From: an uncultured Oscillospiraceae bacterium
GTDB taxonomy: Bacteria; Bacillota; Clostridia; Oscillospirales; Oscillospiraceae
Length of the DNA stretch: 64,000 nucleotides
Assembly (NCBI GenBank): GCA_944387785.1
Contig: CALXGG010000001.1
Location: 9,541-73,540 of the forward strand
Direction: 5' to 3'
A program made the translations under genes and the position numbers. Below the pieces are notes generated by a model. The model worked only from the letters and a program-made list of their open reading frames with translations. It was not told where the DNA came from and made no database searches. Each line of letters begins with the position of its first letter. Position 1 is the stretch's first letter. This document shows, one piece after another, positions 34,662 to 44,786 of this stretch.

Positions 34662-37535
34662 TCAAAGGATGTAAAGGTCATCCACTTTGCATTCTTCCAC
34701 TTGGGCCCGGGGCCCTGCCACAAACACGGCCCCTTCCGCCGCCGCCCGGTCCAGGACCTCCGCCAGCTGGCGGAGATCCCGCTCCGACGCCGCCAGCAGC
34801 TCCCGGCGGAAGCGGCGGCGGGAGGCCGCCGTCTCTCCCCGGAAGTACCAGCCGTCCGCCATGCGCCCCTGGCGGCGGGGCAGCAGCGCCGGCTCCAGCT
34901 CCCCTACCGCGCCGATGATAAAGCCGGTAAGGTCCGGCTTCTCCCCGGCAAACCGCCGGAGGAAGCCGGCGGTCTGCCGGTAGCAGTCCAAGGACCGGGC
35001 CCCGTTGGGATCCCGGAAGGAGTAGAACGCCACGCTGCCGCTGTCCCGGGTCAGAAGACCCACGCCGTAGGCGCCGCCCTGGACCCGCACGGCGTTCCAG
35101 AGGTAGGCCAGGGAGGCCACCCGGCCGGCCACCCGCATACCGCCGGTACAGCGCCCGGCAAGGGGGCCCCCCAGCGCCGCGAAGGACACGTCCGCCGGGA
35201 TCACCAGGCCCTCCCGGCGGATCCCCCAGGGCGCCACGCCGCCGGAGGCCCCGGCGGGGCCATCGGGCAGGGACTCGATCACCCGGGCCAGGCAGGTCAT
35301 TCCCGCCTGCCCGGTGACGCTGGCCGTCAAACGGCCGCGGACGAAGATCCGGCGGCAGAGGGCGGCCATGGCCTCTCCCAGCCTGCCGGGATCGTCCTCC
35401 TTCTCCCAGTCCTTCAGCTGACGGCAGTAGGTGTAGCCGCCGGCGTGCTCCTGGGCCGCCCCCTCTGCGGTAAAGGCGGCGGTGACCCGGGTCATGGCGA
35501 CGGCGTGGCCGTTGGCGAGTACGCCCTGCTCCGCCGCCGTCCGCGCCTGGAGCAGACGCTCCCGGATGGGGCCCGCCTGGGAAAAGTCCGTGGCGGTGAG
35601 TATGGCCGCCACCACCCCGGCGGCCTCCTTTTCCTCCTCCGCCAGGGCGCTGAAGGACGCGCACAGGCAGGTGCGGCAGCGGTCCGGCCGCTCCCGGTCG
35701 CCGTAGGCCTCCACGGTGAAGCTCACGTCCCCCAGGTGCCGCCGGATCTGCTTTTGCAGCGCCAGGGCGTCCCAGGGCCCGGCGTCCAGCCGGCCCAGGA
35801 GGGCGCAGAGAAAAGAGGCGACGGACAGCTCCGGGCCGGTCAGATCCCCCAGGTCGAAATACAGGTTCCAATAGCCGATGCCGCCGGTGGGCAGTATGTG
35901 CCGGAGCACCGTCACCCCCGCCAGGGCCGTCTCCTCCGTGGGGACGGTCTCCGGCTCCTCGGGGATGTCCGACAGGCGCAGCCGGGGCAGCGCCGCCAGG
36001 TCCTCCGGCCTGTCCGGGGCGCTCTGCCAGTCGTCCAGGCGCCGCTGCTGCTCCAGCAGGGCAGCCCGCCGCTCCTGATCCCAGCCCGCCTGGGCCCGGG
36101 CAAGGGCTTCCCGCTCCCGACGGCGCTGCTCCTCCCCCACCGTGTGGGAGGGCAGCAGCGCTGCCCGGCAGGTGTGGGGGTTGTCCAGCATCACCCGGCG
36201 CAGCAGCTCCTCGAACCAGCCCTGGTCCACCCGCCGGCCCAGCGTCTCCAGCAGGGGGCCCACCGTGAGCTCCTCCGCCGGATGGCCGCCGTACAGCCAG
36301 CTCTCCAGCACCTGCAGCCCAAGGCCCAGGCCCTGGGGAAAATAGCCGAAGTCCCGCTCCCGCATGTGGAAGGCCAGGTTGGCAAGGCTCGCCCGGACCT
36401 GTTCCCGATCCAGCCCCGTATCCGCCAGCTTCGTCAGGGTCTCCCGGACCAGGGCCTTCAGCTCCTCCGTCCGGCCCTCCTCCAGGTTCCGCACCGACAG
36501 CACCCCGTAGGGCTGGCGGATGCCGTCCATGACCCACATACTCACGTCCTCCCCCAGGCCGGCGGAGAGGATGCGGCGCTTGAGGGGCGCCTGGTTGCTG
36601 CCGCAGAGCACGTCCCCCAGGACCTGGAAGGCCGCCCGCTCCTCCCGGCAGGCGTAGTCCCCCAGGCCGAACCCCCAGGCAAAGCGGGCCTTCCCCGCGG
36701 TGGGCTCCGAGGAGGAGACCTCATAGAAGATCCGCCCCTCCCCGCCGTCCACCGGCCGCTGGGCCGGGATCTCCGTGGCGCAGGCCTGGCGGCGGTATGC
36801 CCCCAGGTACGTCCCGTCCAGCAGGGAGAGCACCTCCCCCACGTCCATGCCGCCGTCCAGGAAGATATAGGCGTTGGAGGGGTGATAAAAGCGGCGGTGG
36901 CTCTCACAGAACCCCTCGTAGGTCAGCTCCGGGATGTGGGCGGGGTCGCCGCCGGAGACGAAGCGGTAACAGGTGTCCGGAAACAGCCGCCGGTTCAGCT
37001 CCGCCTGCATGAGGGTGTCCGGCGAGGCCATGGCCCCCTTCATCTCGTTGAACACCACGCCCTTGTAGCAGGGCACCGCCCCCTCCCGGACCTCATAGTG
37101 CCAGCCCTCCTGGCGGAAGATCTCCGGCCTGCGGTAAAGCAGCGGATGGAGCACCGCGTCCATGTATACCCGGATGAGGTTGAGGAAGTCCTGGCGGTTG
37201 CGGCTGGACACAGGGTAAAAGGTCTTGTCCGGGAAGGTGATGGCGTTGAGGAAGGTGTTCATGGAGCTTTTCATCAGCTCCACGAAGGGCTCCTTCACCG
37301 GATAGCGCTCCGAGCCGCAGAGCACCGAGTGCTCCAGGATATGGAATACCCCGGTGTCGTCCCCGGGGGTGGTACGAAAGCAGATGCCGAAGGTCTTATT
37401 GTCGCAATCCCGGTCCAGCCACACCAGCCGGGCCCCGGAGGTCTGGTGCTCCATCTCGTACAGGCGGCCCCCCAGCTCCTCCAGCTCTGTTACGGAGCGG
37501 ATCGTGAAATGATGGATGTGATCGTTGACAGTCAT
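34662..37535 (-). CDS. M16C (PreP/insulinase-like) zinc metallopeptidase
   Basis: 957 aa from M54 (ATG 37535, RBS GGGAGGA). Inverted zinc motif HILEHSV near the N-terminus. The length is typical of the M16C family. Confidence 0.85.
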   Translation of the reverse strand: MTVNDHIHHFTIRSVTELEELGGRLYEMEHQTSGARLVWLDRDCDNKTFGICFRTTPGDDTGVFHILEHSVLCGSERYPVKEPFVELMKSSMNTFLNAITFPDKTFYPVSSRNRQDFLNLIRVYMDAVLHPLLYRRPEIFRQEGWHYEVREGAVPCYKGVVFNEMKGAMASPDTLMQAELNRRLFPDTCYRFVSGGDPAHIPELTYEGFCESHRRFYHPSNAYIFLDGGMDVGEVLSLLDGTYLGAYRRQACATEIPAQRPVDGGEGRIFYEVSSSEPTAGKARFAWGFGLGDYACREERAAFQVLGDVLCGSNQAPLKRRILSAGLGEDVSMWVMDGIRQPYGVLSVRNLEEGRTEELKALVRETLTKLADTGLDREQVRASLANLAFHMRERDFGYFPQGLGLGLQVLESWLYGGHPAEELTVGPLLETLGRRVDQGWFEELLRRVMLDNPHTCRAALLPSHTVGEEQRRREREALARAQAGWDQERRAALLEQQRRLDDWQSAPDRPEDLAALPRLRLSDIPEEPETVPTEETALAGVTVLRHILPTGGIGYWNLYFDLGDLTGPELSVASFLCALLGRLDAGPWDALALQKQIRRHLGDVSFTVEAYGDRERPDRCRTCLCASFSALAEEEKEAAGVVAAILTATDFSQAGPIRERLLQARTAAEQGVLANGHAVAMTRVTAAFTAEGAAQEHAGGYTYCRQLKDWEKEDDPGRLGEAMAALCRRIFVRGRLTASVTGQAGMTCLARVIESLPDGPAGASGGVAPWGIRREGLVIPADVSFAALGGPLAGRCTGGMRVAGRVASLAYLWNAVRVQGGAYGVGLLTRDSGSVAFYSFRDPNGARSLDCYRQTAGFLRRFAGEKPDLTGFIIGAVGELEPALLPRRQGRMADGWYFRGETAASRRRFRRELLAASERDLRQLAEVLDRAAAEGAVFVAGPRAQVEECKVDDLYIL

Positions 37536-37685
37536 GCCCTGTCCTCCCTGCTGTATCGTTCGCCCGGGCGCGGCCCGGCCCTGTCGTTTTCTGTCACCCA
37601 TTATACCCAATCTCCCCCGCCCATGGCAACCCCCGTTCCCGCCGAAATCCCGCCGGGGACCGGAGGGCCTTTCTCCCGCCGGACG

Positions 37686-37730
37686 GAAAAGCAAAGGAGG
37701 GCCGCGCCGTTATAAGCGGCGCGGCCCTCC
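37686..37730 (-). terminator. intrinsic terminator after the amylosucrase gene
   Basis: GGAGGGCCGCGCCG / CGGCGCGGCCCTCC hairpin, followed on the minus strand by TTTGCTTTTCC. Confidence 0.65.
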
Positions 37731-37745
37731 TCTCCGGGAGCCGGT

Positions 37746-39578
37746 TCAGTCCCTCCGCCGGCACAGGCAGTACTGGTAAGGCCCCAGCTGCCGGCTGCTG
37801 CACAGGCCCTTCTCCCCGGTGATCAGATCCTCGAACTCCCCCTCCATGGCCTCCATATGGACGTCCTGAGGCTGGCCGGAGAAATTGAACAGGCATGCCA
37901 GGGTCTCCCCCTCCGCCCTGCGCACCAGGGCCAGGACCTGACGGTTGGCGGTGTCCCAGGTGGTGACCCAGGCGTCGGGCCCAAAGCATCTCTCTCCGGC
38001 CCGGAGCTTCTCCAGCTGGCGCAGGCCATCCCAGAGCCGCTGCTGGACCGTGCCGGCCTCCCTGCGCCGGGCGGCGTTGTCCCAGTTGAAGCGGGTGCGG
38101 TGGAGATTCCGACTGTCCTCCCGGCGGTCGGGGTCGTCGTGATACTCATAGCCGTTGAGCTGTCCGATCTCATCGCCGCTGGAGAGCATGGGGAACCCCG
38201 CCATGCACATCATGGCGGCATGCATCATGAGATCCCGCTGGATCCCCAGGGACACCTGCACCGCGTCCCCCTCGTAAAGGCCCTTCTCGATGCCGCAGAG
38301 GCTGGCGGTGGTGCCGCAGGTCCGGGCGTCCTGGGTGGCCGGGTTGTAGTTGTATCGCTCCCCCCGGGCAAAGCTGCCGGGGAAGCTGCCCTCGAAGAAC
38401 TCATAAAGATACTTCTTGTGGATCACAGGGTCCATGCCGATGGTCTTTCCAAACGTCTCATTGAGGCCCCAGCCAATGTCGTCGTGGCAGCGAAGGTAGT
38501 TGACGAAGCAGCAGTGGGGGGGCAGGCTGTGGAGATCGTCCAGCTGCCGCTTGAGCTGCCGGACGTCGGCGCTGGCCAGGGCGCTCCACTGGGTGGCCAT
38601 GGTGGAGGCATTGTACAGGAGATGGCACTCCGGCTTTTCCGCCGTCCCGAAATAGGGGGCCAGCTCCTTGGGGGCCATCACCACCTCCCCCTTCAGAATC
38701 ACCGCGGGGCACACCGCCTCCACGATAAGGCGGATCATGCGCATGATGGTGTGGACCTGGGGGAGATTGCGGCAGGTGGTGCCCATCTCCTTCCACAGGT
38801 AGGGCACCGCGTCGATACGGAGGATCTCCACCCCCAGGTTGGCCAGGTGGAGCATGCTGCACACCATATCGTTGAATACCGCCGGGTTGCGGTAATTGAG
38901 ATCCCACTGGTAGAGATGGAAGGAGGAGCAGACATACTTCCCCATCTCCTTCTGGTAGAGGAAGCTGCCCGGGGCGGTCTCAGGGAACACGTCGGGGATG
39001 GTCTTTTCCATCTCCCGCGGGATATCCGGGGTATCAAAGCAGATATAGCGGTCGATATACTCCTGCTCCCCCGCCTTGGCCCGCATGGCCCAGGGGTGGG
39101 TATCCGCCGTATGGTTGATGACAAAGTCCAGGCACAGGCTCATGCCCCGGCGGCGCATGGCGGCGGTGAGGCGGCTGAGATCCTCGTTGGTCCCAAGGGA
39201 GGGGTCCACCTGGTCGAAATCCTCCACGGCGTAGCCGCCGTCGTTGTCGGGGTGGGGCATTTTCAGAAGGGGCATCAGATGGAGGTAGGTGATCCCCTGC
39301 TCCCGCAGGTAGTCCAGCCGCCCCTCCAGCCCGGGGAGGTCCCCGGCAAAGAGGTCGGTATACATGGTCATCCCCAGCATCTTTCCCCCCCGGAACCAGC
39401 CCGGATCCTTCTCCCGTTTGGCGTCCAGCCGCCGCAGGCTCTGCTCCCGGCGGCGGTAGGCTCCCTCCATCCGCTCCAGAAGCTGCTCCAGCATGTCCCG
39501 CCGGTCGTACAGCTCCATGTACAGCCAAGCCAGCTCATCCCGCCTCTCCTGAAGGCGGCGCTCATATCCACTGGTCAT
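37746..39578 (-). CDS. amylosucrase-like GH13 alpha-glucan/sucrose-active enzyme
   Basis: 610 aa. N-terminal helical region, then DLFAGDLPGLEGRLDYLREQGITYLHLMPLL, DFVINHTA, ILRIDAVPYLWKE and RCHDDIGW GH13 blocks. Confidence 0.75.
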   Translation of the reverse strand: MTSGYERRLQERRDELAWLYMELYDRRDMLEQLLERMEGAYRRREQSLRRLDAKREKDPGWFRGGKMLGMTMYTDLFAGDLPGLEGRLDYLREQGITYLHLMPLLKMPHPDNDGGYAVEDFDQVDPSLGTNEDLSRLTAAMRRRGMSLCLDFVINHTADTHPWAMRAKAGEQEYIDRYICFDTPDIPREMEKTIPDVFPETAPGSFLYQKEMGKYVCSSFHLYQWDLNYRNPAVFNDMVCSMLHLANLGVEILRIDAVPYLWKEMGTTCRNLPQVHTIMRMIRLIVEAVCPAVILKGEVVMAPKELAPYFGTAEKPECHLLYNASTMATQWSALASADVRQLKRQLDDLHSLPPHCCFVNYLRCHDDIGWGLNETFGKTIGMDPVIHKKYLYEFFEGSFPGSFARGERYNYNPATQDARTCGTTASLCGIEKGLYEGDAVQVSLGIQRDLMMHAAMMCMAGFPMLSSGDEIGQLNGYEYHDDPDRREDSRNLHRTRFNWDNAARRREAGTVQQRLWDGLRQLEKLRAGERCFGPDAWVTTWDTANRQVLALVRRAEGETLACLFNFSGQPQDVHMEAMEGEFEDLITGEKGLCSSRQLGPYQYCLCRRRD

Positions 39579-39661
39579 CTCGTTACCCTCCTGATGGTCC
39601 GTAAGATCGCCGGCGTTCCGGCGCCGGGGCGTCCCTTTCCGGAAAGCCCCGCTCTTTCCTG

Positions 39662-39690
39662 TTGGTTTCTGAGAAAATCTGTGCTATAAT
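39662..39690 (+). promoter_or_regulatory. sigma-A promoter with extended -10 for the AraC-family gene
   Basis: TTGGTT 39662-39667, 17-nt spacer ending in TGC, TATAAT 39685-39690. Confidence 0.55.
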
Positions 39691-39749
39691 GCGGATGTAA
39701 TCCCAGCGACTCACGCCGGTCCCCGGGCCGGAAAAGCGGAGGTGATCCT

Positions 39750-40607
39750 GTGGACGAGCTTTCCTTCTCCATTTTTCCCAATGAGAATTTCCTGGACCTG
39801 CGGCTTTACCAATACGGCTGGGAGCAGTGCGCCCCCCTCCACTCCTTCGGCCCCTTTGTCCGCAACCACTTCCTGCTCCACTATGTGATCTCCGGCCGGG
39901 GCTTTCTGGATTCCACCGCCCCGGACGGCGTCACCCGGCAGTACGACCTGGAGGCGGACCAGGCCTTCCTCATTTGTCCCGGGCAGGTGAACACCTACTG
40001 CGCGGACCAGGAGCGCCCCTGGAAGTATGTGTGGCTGGAGTTCGACGGCCTGCGGGTGACGGAGTATCTGACCTACGCGGGCCTGGATGCCGCCCACCCC
40101 ATCTATCTCCCCCAGAGCCCCGCCCAGGGCCAGGCCATGCGGGACATCATGCTCTACATCGCCGACCACTCCAAAGCCTCCACCCTTCACCTCATCGGCC
40201 ACCTGTTCCTGTTCCTGGACGCGCTGATCCAGTCCTCTTCCACACGGCGCACCGCCTCCGGCGGGCAGCTGCGGGATTTTTACATCCAGGAGGCCATCAC
40301 CTATATGGAGCAGAACTTCCAGCGGGACCTGACGGTGGAGGAGCTGGCAGATGTGTGCAAGCTCAACCGCAGCTACTTCAGCAAGCTCTTCCGGGAGAGC
40401 ATGGGCTGCCCGCCCCAGGAGTTCCTGATCCGCATGCGGCTGTCCAAGGCCACGGAGCTGATGCGGACCAGCCGCGCCTCCATCGGCGATATCGCCCAGC
40501 TGTGCGGCTACCCCAACCAGCTCCACTTCTCCCGGGCCTTCAAAAAGCGTTACGGCGTCTCCCCCCGGGAATGGCGCACCGAAAATCAAGCGCATACGAA
40601 AGGCTGA
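39750..40607 (+). CDS. AraC-family transcriptional regulator (cupin sensor + HTH)
   Basis: 285 aa. GTG start follows GGAGGTGA. C-terminal IGDIAQLCGYPNQLHFSRAFKKRYGVSPREWR. Confidence 0.85.
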   Translation: MDELSFSIFPNENFLDLRLYQYGWEQCAPLHSFGPFVRNHFLLHYVISGRGFLDSTAPDGVTRQYDLEADQAFLICPGQVNTYCADQERPWKYVWLEFDGLRVTEYLTYAGLDAAHPIYLPQSPAQGQAMRDIMLYIADHSKASTLHLIGHLFLFLDALIQSSSTRRTASGGQLRDFYIQEAITYMEQNFQRDLTVEELADVCKLNRSYFSKLFRESMGCPPQEFLIRMRLSKATELMRTSRASIGDIAQLCGYPNQLHFSRAFKKRYGVSPREWRTENQAHTKG

Positions 40608-40632
40608 CTGCCCCAGGGCAGCCAGCCTTTTT
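40602..40632. terminator. bidirectional terminator between convergent genes
   Basis: GGCTGACTGCCC cag GGGCAGCCAGCC, then TTTTT. Confidence 0.6.
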
Positions 40633-40640
40633 CCTGCCCC

Positions 40641-42818
40641 TCACTCCGCCTCCAGCAGCAGCTGCAGGGACTGGTAGTCCCCCTGCGGCATGGGCAGCGG
40701 GTATCCCGCCGCCATCAGCGCGGCGCCGGAGTATGCCGCCTCCCCGTTGACCCGGTAGCGCAGCGCCGGGTCCAGGCCCTTCAGGCGCAGGGCCATGAAG
40801 GGCGGGGCGGCGAAGGTGGCTCCGGTGACCACGGACACCAGGGCCCGCCGCCGGTCCCGGGCCACATGGGCCCAGGCCGTATAGGGGCCGCCGTCGAAGG
40901 GGCTGCTCAGGCGGTAGTAATCCCCCTCCGCCACCAGGTCCCAGCATGCCTTGTACCGGCGGATCTGGCCGGCGATGGCCCGGCCCTCCTCCCCGGTGAT
41001 CCGGGTGAGGTCCATCTCATAGCCCAGCACCCCCGACATGGCCACCACCCCCCGGGTCTCCAGAGGCGTGACCCGGCGGTTGGTCTCGTTGGGTACGGCG
41101 GACACATGGGCCCCCATCGTGCAGGCCGGATAGCAGAAGGAGGTGCCGTACTGGATCCGCAGGCGGTCAACGGCGTCGGTATTGTCGCTGCACCAGATCT
41201 GGGGGGTGTAGTAGAGCATCCCCCCGTCAAACCGGCCGCCGCCGCCGCTGCAGCCCTCGATCAGGATGTGGGGATAGTCCCGGCGGAAGCGCTCCAGCAT
41301 GTCGTAGACCCCCAGGACATAGCGGTGGAATACCTCCCCCTGCCGCTCCGGAGGCAGGGCGGCGGACCACACCTCAGAGAGGCTGCGGTTCATATCCCAT
41401 TTGAGATAGGTGATGTTGGCGCCGGAGAGGACCTGCCCCAGGGCGCCGTAGATATCGTCCCGGACCTCCCGGCGGGTGAAGTCCAGCACCAGCTGGCTGC
41501 GGCCCCGGGTGTAGGCACGGCCCGGGGCGCAGAGCACCCAATCCGGATGCTCCCGGTAGAGCCGGCTGTCCTCGCTGACCATTTCCGGCTCGATCCACAG
41601 GCCGAATTCCATCCCCAGAGCGTTGACCGCCCGGGCCAGGGACCCCAGTCCCCCGGGCAGCTTCTCCCGGTTCACCCACCAGTCGCCAAGGCCCCCCCTG
41701 TCGTTATTGCGGGTGCCGAACCAGCCGTCATCCAGCACGAACAGCTCCACGCCCAGCGGCGCGGAGGCTCGGGCCAGCGCCAGCAGCTTCTCCTCGTCGA
41801 AGTCAAAGTAGGTGGCCTCCCAGCTGTTGACCAGCACCGGCTTCCTTCCGGGGCGGTTGTCCCGGAGCAGCCGCTCCCGGATGGCCCGGTGGAACAGCTG
41901 GCTCATCCGGGCAAAGCCGCTGGCGGAACAGACCATGGCCGCCTCGGGGGTGGTGAACCCCTCCCCCGGCGCCAGGGTGTAGCAGAAGTGGTAGGGATGG
42001 ATCCCCATGACCAGGCGGCTGCGCTCAAACTGGCTGCGCTCCGCCGCCGCCTCAAAGTTCCCGCTGTACAGCAGCATGGCCCCCCAGCACAGGCCGTGAT
42101 CCTCTCCGGCGTCGCTCTCGCAGAGGACCACGAAGGGGTTGTGCTGGTGGCTGGAGGTGCCCCGGACGCTGCCCACGCTCTGGACGCCGGGACGCAGAGC
42201 CGCCCGGGCGGGGCAGCGCTCCATCACATGGCGTCCGTCAAAGGTGATCAGGTCCAGATCCCCCCGGGGCAGGTCCAGACACAGGGAGGCCGCACGGCAC
42301 AGGCGTACCGCGGACTCCCCCCGGTTGACGATCCTGGCCGCCCGGGTAATGAGGTCGTACTCCTCGAACACCCCGTAGAGGAGCTCCACCTCCACCCGGG
42401 CCGTCTCGTCCCGGAGGAAAACCGCCAGCGTCTCTCCCCCCGCCCCATGGAAGGCCGGCAGGCCCTCCAGGGCATACTTTCCCTCCCGCAGCTCACAGCC
42501 GACGCAGCGCAGATCCGCCACGCGGCTGCCGTCGGCATGCACCAGCTCCAGGGAGGGCAGGCGGAAATCACCTACGCCGCAGGTGGAGTACTCCTGGGGC
42601 AGGGTGTCCAGGGAGTAGGTCCGGCAGTGGCCCGCCTCCCCCGGATTGGGGGAAAAGCCCCGGTCCGCCTCCCGGATGAGGTAGGACAGGTCGGCCCCGT
42701 CCACCCGGCCGCCGTAATAGGTGTGGAGCAGCACCCCCCGGTCATCCACCTTCATCTGGTAGGTGGTGGAGCGGGTATGGAGGGTGAACAGCCCCCGCTG
42801 TCTGTCAAGTACGATCAT
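40641..42818 (-). CDS. alpha-galactosidase, GH36
   Basis: 725 aa. N-terminal LFTLHTRSTTYQMKVDDRGVLLHTYYGG and the ITYLKWDMNR and CSGGGGRFD blocks are typical of GH36. Confidence 0.85.
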   Translation of the reverse strand: MIVLDRQRGLFTLHTRSTTYQMKVDDRGVLLHTYYGGRVDGADLSYLIREADRGFSPNPGEAGHCRTYSLDTLPQEYSTCGVGDFRLPSLELVHADGSRVADLRCVGCELREGKYALEGLPAFHGAGGETLAVFLRDETARVEVELLYGVFEEYDLITRAARIVNRGESAVRLCRAASLCLDLPRGDLDLITFDGRHVMERCPARAALRPGVQSVGSVRGTSSHQHNPFVVLCESDAGEDHGLCWGAMLLYSGNFEAAAERSQFERSRLVMGIHPYHFCYTLAPGEGFTTPEAAMVCSASGFARMSQLFHRAIRERLLRDNRPGRKPVLVNSWEATYFDFDEEKLLALARASAPLGVELFVLDDGWFGTRNNDRGGLGDWWVNREKLPGGLGSLARAVNALGMEFGLWIEPEMVSEDSRLYREHPDWVLCAPGRAYTRGRSQLVLDFTRREVRDDIYGALGQVLSGANITYLKWDMNRSLSEVWSAALPPERQGEVFHRYVLGVYDMLERFRRDYPHILIEGCSGGGGRFDGGMLYYTPQIWCSDNTDAVDRLRIQYGTSFCYPACTMGAHVSAVPNETNRRVTPLETRGVVAMSGVLGYEMDLTRITGEEGRAIAGQIRRYKACWDLVAEGDYYRLSSPFDGGPYTAWAHVARDRRRALVSVVTGATFAAPPFMALRLKGLDPALRYRVNGEAAYSGAALMAAGYPLPMPQGDYQSLQLLLEAE

Positions 42819-42956
42819 GGAGAAGTCCCCTTACACAATAATGTAGCTGCGGCAATTTTACTGGATTTTTCCCCGGGATGCAATACCCTCCGGCGATAAA
42901 GGACCGCGCCGGCCGTGCTGCGCCGCGCGTCCGGCCGCCGGCAGGCAGCCGCCCCG

Positions 42957-43000
42957 CAAAAGGGAGCAGCCCCAGCGTCGCCGGGCGGCGCCGGGGCTGC
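42957..43000 (-). terminator. intrinsic terminator after the ABC permease genes
   Basis: Minus-strand hairpin GCAGCCCCGGCG...CGCTGGGGCTGC followed by TCCCTTTTG. Confidence 0.55.
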
Positions 43001-43022
43001 AGGAGAATGGGGAAATCGTCTG

Positions 43023-43862
43023 TTATTTGCCGCCGGTCATGGCCACGCCCTCGATGAACTGCCGCTGGAAGAACATATAGAGCACCACCATGGGCAGCAT
43101 GGCCAGGAGGCTCCCGGCCATCAGCACCGGGAAGTTGGTGGAGAACTGGCCCCGCAGGGTGGCAAGGCCGGAAGAAAGGGTCATCATGTTCAGGTCGGAG
43201 TTCACCACCAACGGCCACATCAGGTCGCTGTAAGCGAACACCGCCGTGAACACGCACAGGGCCGCCACCGACGAGGAGGTCAGGGGGAACATGATCTTGG
43301 TGAAGGTCTGCCACTGGTTGCAGCCGTCCAGATAGGCGGCCTCCCCGATCTCATTGGGGATACCCATGTAGGCCTGGCGCAGGAAGAAGGTGCCGAAGGC
43401 GCTGACGATGCCCGGGAACACCAGGGCGAAAATGGTGTTGGCCATCCCCAGCTTGGCCACCATCTGGTACTGGGGGATAATGAAGATCTGGCTGGGGAGC
43501 ATCATCTGAACGAGGACGATGGAGAAAAGGAGGTTCTTGCCCTTGAACTTGAGCTTGGCAAAGGCATAGCCCGCCATGGAGCTGAACGCCACGGCGCACA
43601 CCACCCGGAAGAGGATCATAAGGCCGGTGTTGATGTACATGTTCAGGAAGGGCAGGCTCTTGACCGCCTCCACAAAGTTGTCCAGTATCAGCTGGGCGGG
43701 AAAGATGCTGGGCGGGATCTGCATGCTCTCGGACACGGTCTTGGAGCTGGTGAGGACCATCCACACAAAGGGGAAGATCATCACCACAGAGCCCAGGATC
43801 AGGAAGAAATACGTCAGGAAGGTGGACGTCCGCTTGGACTGTCCCAGGGATGTGGCTTTCAT
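43023..43862 (-). CDS. carbohydrate ABC transporter permease
   Basis: 279 aa, six TM segments, EAAYLDGCNQWQTFTKIMFP loop. Confidence 0.9.
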   Translation of the reverse strand: MKATSLGQSKRTSTFLTYFFLILGSVVMIFPFVWMVLTSSKTVSESMQIPPSIFPAQLILDNFVEAVKSLPFLNMYINTGLMILFRVVCAVAFSSMAGYAFAKLKFKGKNLLFSIVLVQMMLPSQIFIIPQYQMVAKLGMANTIFALVFPGIVSAFGTFFLRQAYMGIPNEIGEAAYLDGCNQWQTFTKIMFPLTSSSVAALCVFTAVFAYSDLMWPLVVNSDLNMMTLSSGLATLRGQFSTNFPVLMAGSLLAMLPMVVLYMFFQRQFIEGVAMTGGK

Positions 43863-43874
43863 ATGGCGTCCTCC

Positions 43875-44771
43875 TTAAATCTCGTAGTTGACCCACTTCT
43901 TCTGGCCGACGAACTGGATGATGGTCACAATGCCGATCAGCAGCACGGTCCAGATGACGATGGCGGAGCCGTAGCCCCGGCTGCCCGCCACGAAGGACTC
44001 CCGGTAGAAGAGGTACATCAGGCTCTGCACGCTGGTGAGGGCGGGGTTGGTGTCCTCCACCATCATATAGATGAGGTCGTAGACCTTCATGGAGGCCATC
44101 AGGCGCATGATGAGCACCACGAACAGCGTGGGCGAGACCATGGGCAGCGTGATGCGGAAGAACTGGGTCACCTTGCCGGCCCCGTCGATGGAGGCGGCCT
44201 CGTAGTAGGACTTGGAGATGTTCTGCAGGCCCGCCAGCAGCAGCACCGCGTCGTAGCCGATGGCGCTCCAGATGGCCACGATGGCGCAGGCGATCATCAC
44301 CACCTTGGAGTCGGTGATCCAGCTGATGTGGGTGCCGAAGATCTGGTTGAGGATGCCGTACTCGCTGTTGAAGATCCACCGCCAGACCATGGTCACCGCG
44401 GCGGGGGCGCAGATCATGGGCAGGAAGAACACCGAGCGGAAGAAGCCCTTGCCCTTGATCTTGGCGTTGAGAAGGATGGCCACCAGCAGGGACAGGAACA
44501 GCCCCACGGGCACCGTCAGGATGCAGAAATAGGCGGTATTCCAGGTGGCCTTCCAGAAGTCCGGGTCCTGGAACATGTTGACGTAGTTTTCAAAGCCGAT
44601 GAACTTGTAGTGGCCAAAGCCCAGGTGCTCGCAGAAGCTGGCGTACAGCGTCTGGATAAAGGGCCACACGTTGAGGATCAGCAGGCCCGCGATGGTGGGT
44701 CCCACCATGAACCAGCCCCAGTTCTGCTCCCGCCGGGCGGCGGCGGAGAGCCGGATCGCCTTTTTGCGCAT
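43875..44771 (-). CDS. carbohydrate ABC transporter permease
   Basis: 298 aa, EAASIDGAGKVTQFFRITLP loop. Confidence 0.9.
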   Translation of the reverse strand: MRKKAIRLSAAARREQNWGWFMVGPTIAGLLILNVWPFIQTLYASFCEHLGFGHYKFIGFENYVNMFQDPDFWKATWNTAYFCILTVPVGLFLSLLVAILLNAKIKGKGFFRSVFFLPMICAPAAVTMVWRWIFNSEYGILNQIFGTHISWITDSKVVMIACAIVAIWSAIGYDAVLLLAGLQNISKSYYEAASIDGAGKVTQFFRITLPMVSPTLFVVLIMRLMASMKVYDLIYMMVEDTNPALTSVQSLMYLFYRESFVAGSRGYGSAIVIWTVLLIGIVTIIQFVGQKKWVNYEI

Positions 44772-44786
44772 GTCTTACCCCTCCTC

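Noticed and set aside
34569-39689. Plus-strand ORFs 34569..37715 (1048 aa) and 37857..39689 (610 aa)
   Set aside because: They are mirror images of the M16C peptidase and amylosucrase genes. The translations are low-complexity, with no start context.
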